64,000 bases of DNA from Thermodesulfobacteriota bacterium (GTDB lineage: Bacteria > Desulfobacterota > Desulfobulbia > Desulfobulbales > SURF-16): NCBI GenBank assembly GCA_049323935.1, contig JBMONN010000004.1, forward strand, positions 16,486-80,485. Reading direction: 5' to 3'. The translations under genes were made by a program, and so were the position numbers. The notes beneath the pieces were generated by a model. It did not search any database. It saw only the letters and a list, made by a program, of their open reading frames with translations, and was not told the DNA's origin. This document shows, piece after piece, positions 24,291 through 33,063 of the stretch (position 1 is the first letter of the stretch; the number at the start of each line of letters is the position of its first letter).

Positions 24291-24839
24291 ATGAAAGAAT
24301 TGGTCATAGTGGTCGATACCGCAGACAATGAAGTCGGCAGCGAAGAGAAGTTTGCCGTCCATGCCAATGGCCTGCTGCACCGGGCCTTTTCTCTCTTTGT
24401 CTTCAATTCGCAGGGCAACTTGTTGCTTCAGCAGCGGAACCGGAATAAGTATCACACGCCTGGCCTGTGGAGCAATACCTGTTGCAGTCATCCGCGGCCC
24501 GGCGAAACCCTCGACGCCGCGGTGCGACGTCGGTTGCTGGAGGAGATGGGATTTTGCTGTGATGTGAAAGAGATATTTAGTTTCCGTTATGAATTGCCGT
24601 TGGAAAATACTATGATAGAACATGAGTACAACCATGTCTTTATCGGCTTTCATGACGGCGATCCGTTGCCGAATCCGGCCGAGGTCGAGGCGTGGCGTTG
24701 GCTTTCCCTGGCCGAGGTGCGCGCCGAGGCCGCCAGAGGGCCGCATCTCTTTACCCCGTGGTTTACGCTGATCCTGCACGACTACGGGCATCTTTTTGAT
24801 AAGGCACTGACGGCTGGCAAGGCGGGAAAACGAAAATGA
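24291..24839 (+). CDS. idi: Isopentenyl-diphosphate delta-isomerase, type 1 (Nudix)
   Basis: GLLHRAFSLFVFNSQGNLLLQQR...KYHTPGLWSNTCCSHPRPGE...RRLLEEMG...EHEYNHVF is the classic IDI-1 signature (catalytic Cys in TCCSHP, plus the Nudix-like box). GTG 24282 is an alternative start. Confidence 0.85.
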   Translation: MKELVIVVDTADNEVGSEEKFAVHANGLLHRAFSLFVFNSQGNLLLQQRNRNKYHTPGLWSNTCCSHPRPGETLDAAVRRRLLEEMGFCCDVKEIFSFRYELPLENTMIEHEYNHVFIGFHDGDPLPNPAEVEAWRWLSLAEVRAEAARGPHLFTPWFTLILHDYGHLFDKALTAGKAGKRK

Positions 24840-26071
24840 CAACGACGGAAAGAGAAAAAAGAAAGGTTGGGCTCTGGCTCATCGGCGCACGCGGTTCAAT
24901 TGCCGCCACCGTCATGCTCGGTGCCTCCGCCCTGCGCCGGGGAGAGACCGCGGCCACCGGCCTGGTGACCGCGGCAGCCCCCTTTGCCGGTCTTGACCTG
25001 CTGCCGGTGACGGATTTCGTTTTCGGTGGCTGCGATATCCGCCGGCAATCATTGCGGGACGCGGCCCGCCAGGCCATGGCCGAAGGGGTGGCGCTGGATC
25101 AGTCCTTTCTTGACCGGATCGGCCCGGAACTTGACGAGGTGGAGAGCGACATCAGCCCCGGCACCTGCCGCAACTGCGGAGAGATGATCGCCGGTCTGGC
25201 CGAGCAGGCTGTTGCGGGCAAAACGGTGAGTGCGGAGCTCGCCGAAATCCGTCGGCAGCTCAGTGCCTTTCGCGCCAAACGGCGGCTCGGCAGGGTCATA
25301 GTGATCAATCTTGCCTCCACCGAGCCGCCCCTGCCGCTTACCCCCCTTCACCATGACCCGGAGCTGTTTGTCGAGCGGATCGCCGCCAATGACGGCGAGG
25401 CGGTCCAGGCCAGCACCCTCTATGCCTATGCCGCCATTCTCGAAGGCTGCCCCTACATCAACTTTACGCCGTCCAGCGGCGCGTTGATCCCGGCCCTGGT
25501 CCGGCTCGCCGAGCAAAGCGGGGTACCGGTGATGGGCAATGACGGCAAGACCGGCGAGACCCTGGTGAAATCGGCGCTCGCCCCCCTCTTTCTCTCCCGC
25601 AACCTGGAGATCCTGAGCTGGGAAGGGGTCAACATGCTGGGCAACATGGACGGTCAGGTGTTGAACGACCCCCGCAATTGCCAGTCCAAGCTCAAATCAA
25701 AAGATCAGGTGCTGCGCAATATCATGGGTTACGAACCCCACTCCCGGGTCCATATCCACTATGTGCCGTCGTTGGGCGATCAGAAGACCGCCTGGGATTT
25801 CATCCATTTCCAGGGCTTTCTCGGGGTCAGGATGTCGCTGCAGTTCACCTGGCAGGGTTATGACTCCATTCTCGCCGCCCCCCTGGTCCTTGACCTGGCC
25901 CGGCTCGCCGATCTGGCCCACCGGCACGGCGAGGGCGGCCTGATGCCCCAGCTTGCCAGTTTTTTCAAATCCCCTCTCGGCGTGACGGAATACCGCCATG
26001 CCGCCCAGTATGCCATGCTCACCGACTATGCGGCAAAAAAAAGAGAGATCAATGAGCCATCCCATCAATGA
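24836..26071 (+). CDS. myo-Inositol-1-phosphate synthase family protein (sugar-phosphate cyclase)
   Basis: ATGA overlap with idi. N-terminal Rossmann segment VGLWLIGARGSIAATV. Conserved blocks: YINFTPS, GVPVMGNDGKTGETLVKSALAPLF, LSWEGVNMLGNMDGQVL, KSKDQVL, and GDQKTAWDFIHFQGFLG...SILAAPLVLDLARL. Confidence 0.75.
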   Translation: MTTTEREKRKVGLWLIGARGSIAATVMLGASALRRGETAATGLVTAAAPFAGLDLLPVTDFVFGGCDIRRQSLRDAARQAMAEGVALDQSFLDRIGPELDEVESDISPGTCRNCGEMIAGLAEQAVAGKTVSAELAEIRRQLSAFRAKRRLGRVIVINLASTEPPLPLTPLHHDPELFVERIAANDGEAVQASTLYAYAAILEGCPYINFTPSSGALIPALVRLAEQSGVPVMGNDGKTGETLVKSALAPLFLSRNLEILSWEGVNMLGNMDGQVLNDPRNCQSKLKSKDQVLRNIMGYEPHSRVHIHYVPSLGDQKTAWDFIHFQGFLGVRMSLQFTWQGYDSILAAPLVLDLARLADLAHRHGEGGLMPQLASFFKSPLGVTEYRHAAQYAMLTDYAAKKREINEPSHQ

Positions 26072-26093
26072 AAAATGCAAGGAGGCAGCACCA

Positions 26094-26807
26094 GTGAAGA
26101 AAAAGGCAATGCGAACGCTTGTCATGGCCGCTCTCGCCATGCTCTGTACCCTTGGCAACTCCTTTGGCCAGCCGGCCCAGGTCGCCCCGGCCCCACCGCC
26201 ACCGCCGGCGGAAGAGATGATCGCGCCACCCCCGCCCCTGCGCATGATTGAGCCCGGGATCTACGAGATGGGCGACATCCGCATCAGCAAGGAGAAGCAG
26301 CGGCTGGAATTCCCGGCCGAGGTCAACATGGACAAGGGACTGCTCGAATATGTCCTGGTCGGCAATAGCGGCAAGGTCCATGAAAGCCTGCTGCGCACCG
26401 GGGTTTCCCCCTATGCCCTGCAGATCTCGCTGTTGCTGCTCGGGGTGGAGGGTTCGCTAAACCCCTTGACCCAGCAGGGCGAGGCCCGCCAGCCGCAAGG
26501 TGGCCGGGTTGCGGTCCGGGTGGCCTGGCAGGAAGGCGGCAAGGAAAAAAAGGCGGAGGTGGAAGAGTGGATCAGCAAGGGCGACAAGCCGGCCGGTGCG
26601 ATCCCCTGGGTCTTCACCGGCTCGGTGGTCATGGACGGGGTGTTCATGGCCCAGGTGGAAAAATCCATCATTGCCCTCTTTCATGACCCGATTGCCCTCA
26701 TTGATCATCAGCTTGCCGAAGGGACCAGTGACGAGATCTGGCAGGTGGCGGGCAACGTGCCGCCGGTGGGCACCAAGGTGACGGTTGTTATCGAGAAGAT
26801 GAAATAA
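26094..26807 (+). CDS. Secreted hypothetical protein with Pro-rich linker
   Basis: GTG start 7 nt after AAGGAGG. Signal peptide (M)KKKAMRTLVMAALAMLCTLGNSFG, then a PAPPPPPAEEMIAPPPPL linker. I do not recognise a family. It is translationally close to the following gene. Confidence 0.6.
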   Translation: MKKKAMRTLVMAALAMLCTLGNSFGQPAQVAPAPPPPPAEEMIAPPPPLRMIEPGIYEMGDIRISKEKQRLEFPAEVNMDKGLLEYVLVGNSGKVHESLLRTGVSPYALQISLLLLGVEGSLNPLTQQGEARQPQGGRVAVRVAWQEGGKEKKAEVEEWISKGDKPAGAIPWVFTGSVVMDGVFMAQVEKSIIALFHDPIALIDHQLAEGTSDEIWQVAGNVPPVGTKVTVVIEKMK

Positions 26808-26827
26808 ATTGCAGGAAAGGAGAGACG

Positions 26828-28018
26828 ATGAAAACAAAGATCACGGCACTATTTGCGCCGCTTGCCATGCTTGTGTTGCTTGTTCTGGCCCCGGCGGTGG
26901 GGGGCGACGAAATCCTGCGCGGCAACGAGCCGGCCGTCACAACCGATATCTCGCTGAAAAACGAGGTCCAGCATGCGGTGGAACGCTCTCTCGCCTGGCT
27001 TGAGAAAAATCAGAATCCGGCCGGCCACTGGTCGCAGCCCGATCATCCGGCCCTGACCGCCCTGGTGCTGACCGCCTGTATGGGCGAGCCAAGCGGCAGG
27101 CTGCGAGCCAAACCGCCGGAGTTTGTCGAAAAGGGCTATCAGTATCTGCTGCAATGCGTCAAGCCGGACGGCGGCATCTATGTGCGCGACATGGCCAACT
27201 ACAATACCGCTGTTTCCATGATGGCGCTCATCAGCGCCGCCAACCCGGCCTATGAAGGGGTCATCAGAAAGGCCCGCAATTTCGAGGTGGGCCTGCAGGA
27301 CGATTTTGACAAAAAGGGCGAGACGGATAACCCGCTGGACGGCGGGGTCGGCTATGGCGGCAAGTACAAGCATTCGGATCTCTCCAACACCATGTTCGCC
27401 CTCGAAGCCATCCATTACAGTAAGAATCTCGTCCAGGACAGCAAGGATGCTGATCAGGCAAAGGAGCTGAACTGGCAGGCGGCGATCCGTTTCATCGAAC
27501 GGTGTCAGAATCTGCCCGGGCATAACGATCAGCCGTGGGCCAGCGATGACCCGCAGAACAAGGGCGGCTTCATCTACTTCCCCGGCGACAGCAAGTCCGG
27601 CGAGATGGATCTCGGCAATGGCCGCAAGGCCCTGCGATCCTATGGCAGCATCAGTTATGCCGGGTTGCTCAGTTACATCTATGCTGATCTGCAAAAGGAC
27701 GATCCCCGGGTGACGGCGGCGCTGGACTGGCTGCAAAAGAACTATACTCTCGAGGAGAATCCCGGCATGGGGCCGGAAGGACTTTTCTACTACTATCACA
27801 CCATGGCCAAGGCCCTGTCCGCGTATGGAACGCGGGAACTTGTGCTCGCCGACGGCAGCCGGGTGGACTGGCGGCGGCAGCTTGCGAAAAAGCTGCTCAA
27901 CCTCCAGAACAGCGACGGCTCCTGGGTCAACGCAAACGGCCGCTGGTGGGAAAAGGACCCGGTGCTGGTCACCGCCTATGCCGCCATTGTCATGGAAATC
28001 ATTCACCGGGGACTGTAA
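26828..28018 (+). CDS. Secreted prenyltransferase/squalene-oxidase-repeat (alpha/alpha toroid) protein
   Basis: Signal peptide MKTKITALFAPLAMLVLLVLAPAVG. Repeats of the terpenoid-cyclase/prenyltransferase type: AVERSLAWLEKNQNPAGHW, YQYLLQCVKPDGG, ALDWLQKNYT, and LLNLQNSDGSW. Confidence 0.7.
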   Translation: MKTKITALFAPLAMLVLLVLAPAVGGDEILRGNEPAVTTDISLKNEVQHAVERSLAWLEKNQNPAGHWSQPDHPALTALVLTACMGEPSGRLRAKPPEFVEKGYQYLLQCVKPDGGIYVRDMANYNTAVSMMALISAANPAYEGVIRKARNFEVGLQDDFDKKGETDNPLDGGVGYGGKYKHSDLSNTMFALEAIHYSKNLVQDSKDADQAKELNWQAAIRFIERCQNLPGHNDQPWASDDPQNKGGFIYFPGDSKSGEMDLGNGRKALRSYGSISYAGLLSYIYADLQKDDPRVTAALDWLQKNYTLEENPGMGPEGLFYYYHTMAKALSAYGTRELVLADGSRVDWRRQLAKKLLNLQNSDGSWVNANGRWWEKDPVLVTAYAAIVMEIIHRGL

Positions 28019-28888
28019 ATGAAACTCTCTTTCAGCACCAATGCCTATTCTCGCCATTCCGTCTTCACGGCGGTGGAGGGCATTGCCGCGGCCGGTTACG
28101 AGGGGGTGGAGCTGCTGGCCGACATGCCGCATCTCTACCCCTTTTCCTTCGGGGTCGAGGAGATGGCCCGCCTGCAAGAGCTTCTGCAGCGGCACCATCT
28201 TGCGGTGGCCAACATCAACGCCAACACGGCGATGGGTTATTACGGCCGGTCCTTCTGGGAATCGTTGTTCGAGCCGTCGCTCGCCAATCCAGATCCGCAG
28301 GCGCGCAAGTGGCGGATCGACTATACCCGGCGCTGCATCGCCCTGGCCCACCGGCTCGGCGCGCGAAACGTCAGCGTTACCTCCGGCTGCATGGTGCCGG
28401 GCATCCGGCCGGAGGATTCCCTGCTGCTTCTGCGTGATTCGTTAAAGGAGGTCGTCGCATTTGCCCAGGATTTCGGGGTGCGCATCGGCATCGAGTATGA
28501 GCCGGGGCTGCTGATCTCCTGTGCCGAGGAGCTGGCCACCTTTCTCGTGCTCTTTGATTCACCGTTTCTCGGCGCCAACCTCGATTTGGGTCACAGTCAT
28601 GTGCTGGGCGAGGATCACGGCGAGGTGCTCGCCTTGCTCGGCGACAAGGTCTTTCATATCCATCTGGAGGATATCAGCCGGCGTAAGCATTACCACCTCA
28701 TCCCCGGCCAGGGCGACATGGATTTCCCCGCCATCTTTGCCGCCCTGAACCAGCACGGCTACCAGGGATTCATAACAATCGAGCTTTACACCTGCGCCAA
28801 CAATCCGGACGAGGCGGCCCGCCTCTCCATCGCCTATCTGCGGGATCTTGCCAATCAGCCACACAGGGAGAAACACTCATGCGCATGA
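28019..28888 (+). CDS. Xylose-isomerase-like TIM-barrel protein (sugar-phosphate isomerase/epimerase; EboE-like)
   Basis: The start abuts the previous stop. GYEGVELLADMPH..., IGIEYEPGLL, NLDLGHSHV, HIHLEDI...HYHLIPGQGDMDF, and GFITIELYT are typical metal-ligand blocks of this fold. Confidence 0.75.
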   Translation: MKLSFSTNAYSRHSVFTAVEGIAAAGYEGVELLADMPHLYPFSFGVEEMARLQELLQRHHLAVANINANTAMGYYGRSFWESLFEPSLANPDPQARKWRIDYTRRCIALAHRLGARNVSVTSGCMVPGIRPEDSLLLLRDSLKEVVAFAQDFGVRIGIEYEPGLLISCAEELATFLVLFDSPFLGANLDLGHSHVLGEDHGEVLALLGDKVFHIHLEDISRRKHYHLIPGQGDMDFPAIFAALNQHGYQGFITIELYTCANNPDEAARLSIAYLRDLANQPHREKHSCA

Positions 28889-29679
28889 TCGAACCCCATA
28901 TTCACACCATGGTGCGGACCACCGATGACTACTACAACATGGCGGTGGCCGGCATCGTCGCCTGCGTCGAGCCCTCCTTCTGGTCCGGGCTGGACCGCCG
29001 GGCGGTGGCCTGCTTCGAGGATTACTGGGAACACATGATCACCACCGAAACGGCGCGGGCCGCCAAATACGGCCTCCGCCACTACACTATGCTGAGCCTC
29101 AACCCCAAGGAGGCGCGCAACGCCATTGCCCATCAGGTGTTGGACAGCATGGAGAAATTCCTCGACCGGGAGAACGTGGTCGGCATCGGCGAGATTGGCT
29201 TTGACCTTATTGCTGGTCAGGAAGAGGAGATTTTTCGCCGCCAACTGCGCATGGGCAATGAACGGAAAATGCCGATCTGCATCCACTCCCCCCATCACAA
29301 CAAGCTGAAAGGGATCGAGCGGATCATCGAGATCATCGAAGATGAGGGGGTGGCCCAGGAACGGATCGTCATCGATCACAACACCGAGGAGACCATCGAG
29401 CTGTCCCGGCAGACCCGCTGCTGGCTCGGCATGACCGTCTATTATGTCACCAAGCTGAGCGCCGAACGGGCGGTGAACATCATCGGTCGCTACGGCGCGG
29501 ATCGGATGATTGTCAACGGCTCCGCCGATTGGGGCTACTCCGATCCCCTGGCGGTGCCCAAGGTGGCCATGTTGATGCGAAAAAGCGGCGATTTCTCCGA
29601 GGCGACCATCAAACAGATCGTCTTTGACAATCCGTATCAGTTTTTGCGGCATTCCGCCCGCTTCGATCTGCCGGCCTAG
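28879..29679 (+). CDS. TatD-related metal-dependent hydrolase (EboB-like)
   Basis: Overlaps the upstream gene by 10 nt. MIEPHIHT (HxH metal site), VVGIGEIGFD, PICIHSPH, VIDHN, and GSADWG give an amidohydrolase/TatD ligand pattern. Confidence 0.7.
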   Translation: MRMIEPHIHTMVRTTDDYYNMAVAGIVACVEPSFWSGLDRRAVACFEDYWEHMITTETARAAKYGLRHYTMLSLNPKEARNAIAHQVLDSMEKFLDRENVVGIGEIGFDLIAGQEEEIFRRQLRMGNERKMPICIHSPHHNKLKGIERIIEIIEDEGVAQERIVIDHNTEETIELSRQTRCWLGMTVYYVTKLSAERAVNIIGRYGADRMIVNGSADWGYSDPLAVPKVAMLMRKSGDFSEATIKQIVFDNPYQFLRHSARFDLPA

Positions 29680-29693
29680 GGTGGGAACGGGAC

Positions 29694-30533
29694 ATGAAAC
29701 TCGCCTTCAGCGCCAACGCCTTCCGCCGTCACAGCCTGGCCGAGACCATCGCGGTGCTGGCTGATCTCGGTTACGCCGGCATTGAGATCATGGCTGACAT
29801 CCCCCATGCCTATCCACCGCAGTTGACCAGTCGCGATGTTGATGCCATCGCCGCCCTGCTGGCGCGGCACCGGCTGGCGGTGGCCAACATCAACGCCTTC
29901 ATGCTCTGGGCGGTGGGTGATACCTGGCACCCCTCCTGGATCGAGGCCGATGAAGAGGCGCGCCGTATCCGCATCGAGCATACCAGAAACTGCATTCGGC
30001 TGGCCGCCGATCTTGGCGCGGCTACCATCTCCACCGAACCAGGGGGGCCGCTCAACGGCATGGAGCGCAGCGCCGCCCTGGAGCTGTTCCGCCAGGGGCT
30101 TGACCAGGTGGCGGCCGACGCGGCCCGGGCCGGGGTGCGGGTACTGATCGAGCCGGAACCGGACCTGCTCATCGAGACCAGCGACCAGTTTGTCGAGTTT
30201 TTCCGGCAGCTCGACCCGGCCGTCTTCGGTCTCAACTTCGACATCGGCCATTTCTACTGTGTCGGCGAGGACCCGGCGCTCCTCGTCAGCCGGCTCGCCC
30301 CTGTTGCCCGTCATTACCACCTGGAGGACATTGCCTCCTCCCGCAAACATCACCATCTCATGCCGGGGGAGGGCGCCATTGATCTGACCGCCGTGTTGCA
30401 GGCGATAACGGCGAGCGGCTACGACGGCTTTGTCACGGTGGAGCTCTATCCCTACGAGGACAAGCCGGCGGAGACGGCGGCGCATTCGCTTGCCGTCCTC
30501 CATCGTCTGCTCGGCGATAAAGCGGACCTATAA
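29694..30533 (+). CDS. Second xylose-isomerase-like TIM-barrel protein
   Basis: GYAGIEIMADIPH, VLIEPEPDLL, NFDIGHFYCV, HYHLEDI...HHHLMPGEGAIDL, and GFVTVELYP. It is a paralog of 28019-28888. Confidence 0.75.
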   Translation: MKLAFSANAFRRHSLAETIAVLADLGYAGIEIMADIPHAYPPQLTSRDVDAIAALLARHRLAVANINAFMLWAVGDTWHPSWIEADEEARRIRIEHTRNCIRLAADLGAATISTEPGGPLNGMERSAALELFRQGLDQVAADAARAGVRVLIEPEPDLLIETSDQFVEFFRQLDPAVFGLNFDIGHFYCVGEDPALLVSRLAPVARHYHLEDIASSRKHHHLMPGEGAIDLTAVLQAITASGYDGFVTVELYPYEDKPAETAAHSLAVLHRLLGDKADL

Positions 30534-30536
30534 GCC

Positions 30537-31421
30537 ATGGGCCACAAATTGGCAAGGCGGGTGCAGGCCTGCCTGCAACTCATGCGATTGCCCAATATCT
30601 TCACCGCCATTGCCGATATTGTCGCCGGCTACCTCATGGTCCGTGGTTTTGCCGTGGACTGGTCCGAGCTGGCTGGACTGGTGGTCGCCACCGCCGGCAT
30701 CTACGGCGCCGGCTGTGTGCTGAATGACTGCTGCGACCTGGAGATCGATCGCCGGGAACGCCCGCACCGGCCTCTGCCGGCCGGGCTGGTAAGTCCCCGG
30801 GCCGCCTTGGCTCTCGCCATTTTTTTGTTTGCCATCGGCCTGGTCGGCGCATATGCGGCCGGACCCCTGTCGCTCTTCCTGGCCCTGGTCATCGTCGTTC
30901 TGGTCATTGTTTATGACACTGTGGCCAAGCAGCACGACATCGCCGGGCCGCTGGTCATGGGCGGCTGCCGGGGGGCAAATCTGCTGCTCGGCATGAGCCC
31001 GCACCTTGCCGTTGCCCTTCCGCTGCTTTTTCCCCTGGTCACCTTCCTCTACATCGCCCTGGTCACCCGGCTCAGCGGCCGGGAAATCAGCGGCGTGGTC
31101 GGCGGGCGGGCCGGCGCGGCCCTGACCGGCATCGCCGCCCTTGTTCTGCTTGTGGTCGTGCTGGTCGGTCGAGGCGACATGCGTCCCGCCGCCCTGGTCT
31201 TTCTTGCCGTGCTGGTCGGTCTCACCCTGCCCGCGCTGGCCCGGGCCATGCGGGAGCAAACGCCGGCGGCGGTGCAGGGCGCGGTGGGGGCGCTGATCCT
31301 GGCCCTGCCCTTTCTTGACGCGGCCTATGCCGCCGCCATCCAGGGGCTGATGGCCGGCCTAGTGGTAATCTGCTGTCTGATCCCCGCCCTGCTCGTCAAG
31401 CGGCTCTTTTATGTGACATAG
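30537..31421 (+). CDS. UbiA-family aromatic/polyprenyl prenyltransferase (EboC-like)
   Basis: About 8-9 TM helices. First Asp-rich motif NDCCDLEIDRRERPHRPLPAG. N-terminus MRLPNIFTAIADIVAGY is typical of the family. Confidence 0.8.
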   Translation: MGHKLARRVQACLQLMRLPNIFTAIADIVAGYLMVRGFAVDWSELAGLVVATAGIYGAGCVLNDCCDLEIDRRERPHRPLPAGLVSPRAALALAIFLFAIGLVGAYAAGPLSLFLALVIVVLVIVYDTVAKQHDIAGPLVMGGCRGANLLLGMSPHLAVALPLLFPLVTFLYIALVTRLSGREISGVVGGRAGAALTGIAALVLLVVVLVGRGDMRPAALVFLAVLVGLTLPALARAMREQTPAAVQGAVGALILALPFLDAAYAAAIQGLMAGLVVICCLIPALLVKRLFYVT

Positions 31422-31463
31422 TGACGACTGCCGGCAATGCCCGGCCTCTGTGCTGGCAAAATT

Positions 31464-31597
31464 GATGAAATCGTAAAACTGAAAATTAACCACAGAGACT
31501 GCGGAACGCACAGAGATAACTAATTGTAACTAAAGATGTTTTCTCTGTGCTCTCAGTGTGCTCTGTGGTGAAAAAAGACTTTTTACGGGTTCATCAA
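31464..31597 (+). repeat. Full copy of MITE/REP-like palindromic element (between UbiA and AP-family genes)
   Basis: GATGAAATCGTAAAA...AACCACAGAGAC..GCACAGAGATAAC...TTCTCTGTGCTCTCAGTGTGCTCTGTGGTGAAAAAAGACTTTTTACGGGTTCATC. Terminal inverted blocks CGTAAAA/TTTTACG; CACAGAG occurs twice and CTCTGTG twice. It aligns along its full length (roughly 85% identity by eye) with 56424-56552. Confidence 0.7.
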
Positions 31598-31614
31598 AAT
31601 AAGGAGAGAATGCG

Positions 31615-32955
31615 ATGAACGGAAAGAGAGTGGTTGTTCTCGATGTGGTCGGCCTGCGGCCCGAACATCTTACCGATGGGGCCAGGGCGCCCCATCTTGC
31701 CGCCCTGGCCGCCAGGGGGCGCCTGCACCGGATTAAACCGGTCTTTCCGGCCGTCACCCTGCCGGTGCAGGCCTCGCTGACCAGCGGGGTGCCGCCGCGG
31801 CAGCACGGCGTGGTCGCCAACGGCTTCTACAGCCGCGATTTTTTCAGCGTTGCCTTCTGGGAGCAGCCGGCGAGTCTGGTCCAGCACGAGCGGATCTGGG
31901 AGACTCTGCAACGGCGCCACCCTGGCTTCACCACCGCCCTGCTTTTTATGCAGAACAGCCTCTACGCCGACTGCGCCTGCGTTCTCACCCCGCGGCCCAT
32001 GCATACCGACGAGGGCCTGGTGCCGTGGTGCTATTCAAAGCCGGTGGGTTTTTACGAGGAACTGGCCGCCGAGCTCGGCCCTTTCCCGCTCATGCACTAC
32101 TGGGGGCCGATGACCTCCATCGCCTCCAGCCGCTGGATCGCCGGGGCCGCGGTGCGGACCATGGCACGTATCCGACCGGATCTGCTCTTTGTCTACCTGC
32201 CCCATCTCGACTACTGCTGCCAGAAGGTGGGGCCGGATCATCCCTCGGTGGCGGACGAGCTGCTCCTGGTGGACGCCGAGGTCGGCCGCATCGTCGAAGG
32301 GGTCGCCGATCTCGGCCTGCTGGAGGAAACGGTCTTTGTCGTGGTTGCGGAATACGCCTTCAACCGGGTGAGCGCCGCCATTCCCCTCAACCTGATCCTG
32401 CGGGAAAACGGTCTGCTCGCCACCCGCACCATCGCCGGCCGTGACTATGTCGATTTCGAACTGAGTCCGGCCTTTGCCATGGTCGATCATCAGCTTGCCC
32501 ATCTCTATCTGAAAAAAGGACAGGAACAGGCGGTCCGCCGGGTGCTTGAAAAAATCGACGGCATCGATTTTCTCCTCGACCGGCCCGGTCAGCGCCGCTT
32601 TGCCGTCGATCACCCGAACAGCGGCGACCTTGTGGCGGTGAGCGCCCGGGACCGCTGGTTTTCCTACCCCTGGTGGGAGGAGCGGACACGGGAGCCCGAT
32701 TTTGCCGGCCATGTCGATATCCACCGCAAACCGGGCTACGACCCGCTGGAGCTCTTCCTGGAACCGGGAACGCGACGGATTTCCCAGGAGAGCGGCCTGA
32801 TTCGCGGTTCCCACGGCTATCCGCCGCTGACGGCTGCGGACGAGGTGCCGCTGCTGGTCAGCGGCAGCGCGCCGGACAGCCTGGCAACCCTGCAAGGCGC
32901 TGACCTCTCTGTCTCCGATGTGCCGGCCCTGCTTGCCGAACTGCTGGGCGGCTGA
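31615..32955 (+). CDS. Alkaline-phosphatase-superfamily nucleotide pyrophosphatase/phosphodiesterase (EboF-like)
   Basis: VVVLDVVGLRPEHL...KPVFPAVTLPVQASLTSG (nucleophile Thr region), ...VYLPHLDY..., GSHGYP near the C-terminus. RBS AAGGAGAG upstream. Confidence 0.75.
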   Translation: MNGKRVVVLDVVGLRPEHLTDGARAPHLAALAARGRLHRIKPVFPAVTLPVQASLTSGVPPRQHGVVANGFYSRDFFSVAFWEQPASLVQHERIWETLQRRHPGFTTALLFMQNSLYADCACVLTPRPMHTDEGLVPWCYSKPVGFYEELAAELGPFPLMHYWGPMTSIASSRWIAGAAVRTMARIRPDLLFVYLPHLDYCCQKVGPDHPSVADELLLVDAEVGRIVEGVADLGLLEETVFVVVAEYAFNRVSAAIPLNLILRENGLLATRTIAGRDYVDFELSPAFAMVDHQLAHLYLKKGQEQAVRRVLEKIDGIDFLLDRPGQRRFAVDHPNSGDLVAVSARDRWFSYPWWEERTREPDFAGHVDIHRKPGYDPLELFLEPGTRRISQESGLIRGSHGYPPLTAADEVPLLVSGSAPDSLATLQGADLSVSDVPALLAELLGG

Positions 32956-33063
32956 CCCCCGGTAACAGTTTTCGGTTTGACTTCCGCCGCTTTTCCGTGG
33001 GAACATGGAAGGGTACGGAGCGCGTTGTTTTTCGACCCTTCTTTTGCCGAGAGAATACGACGC

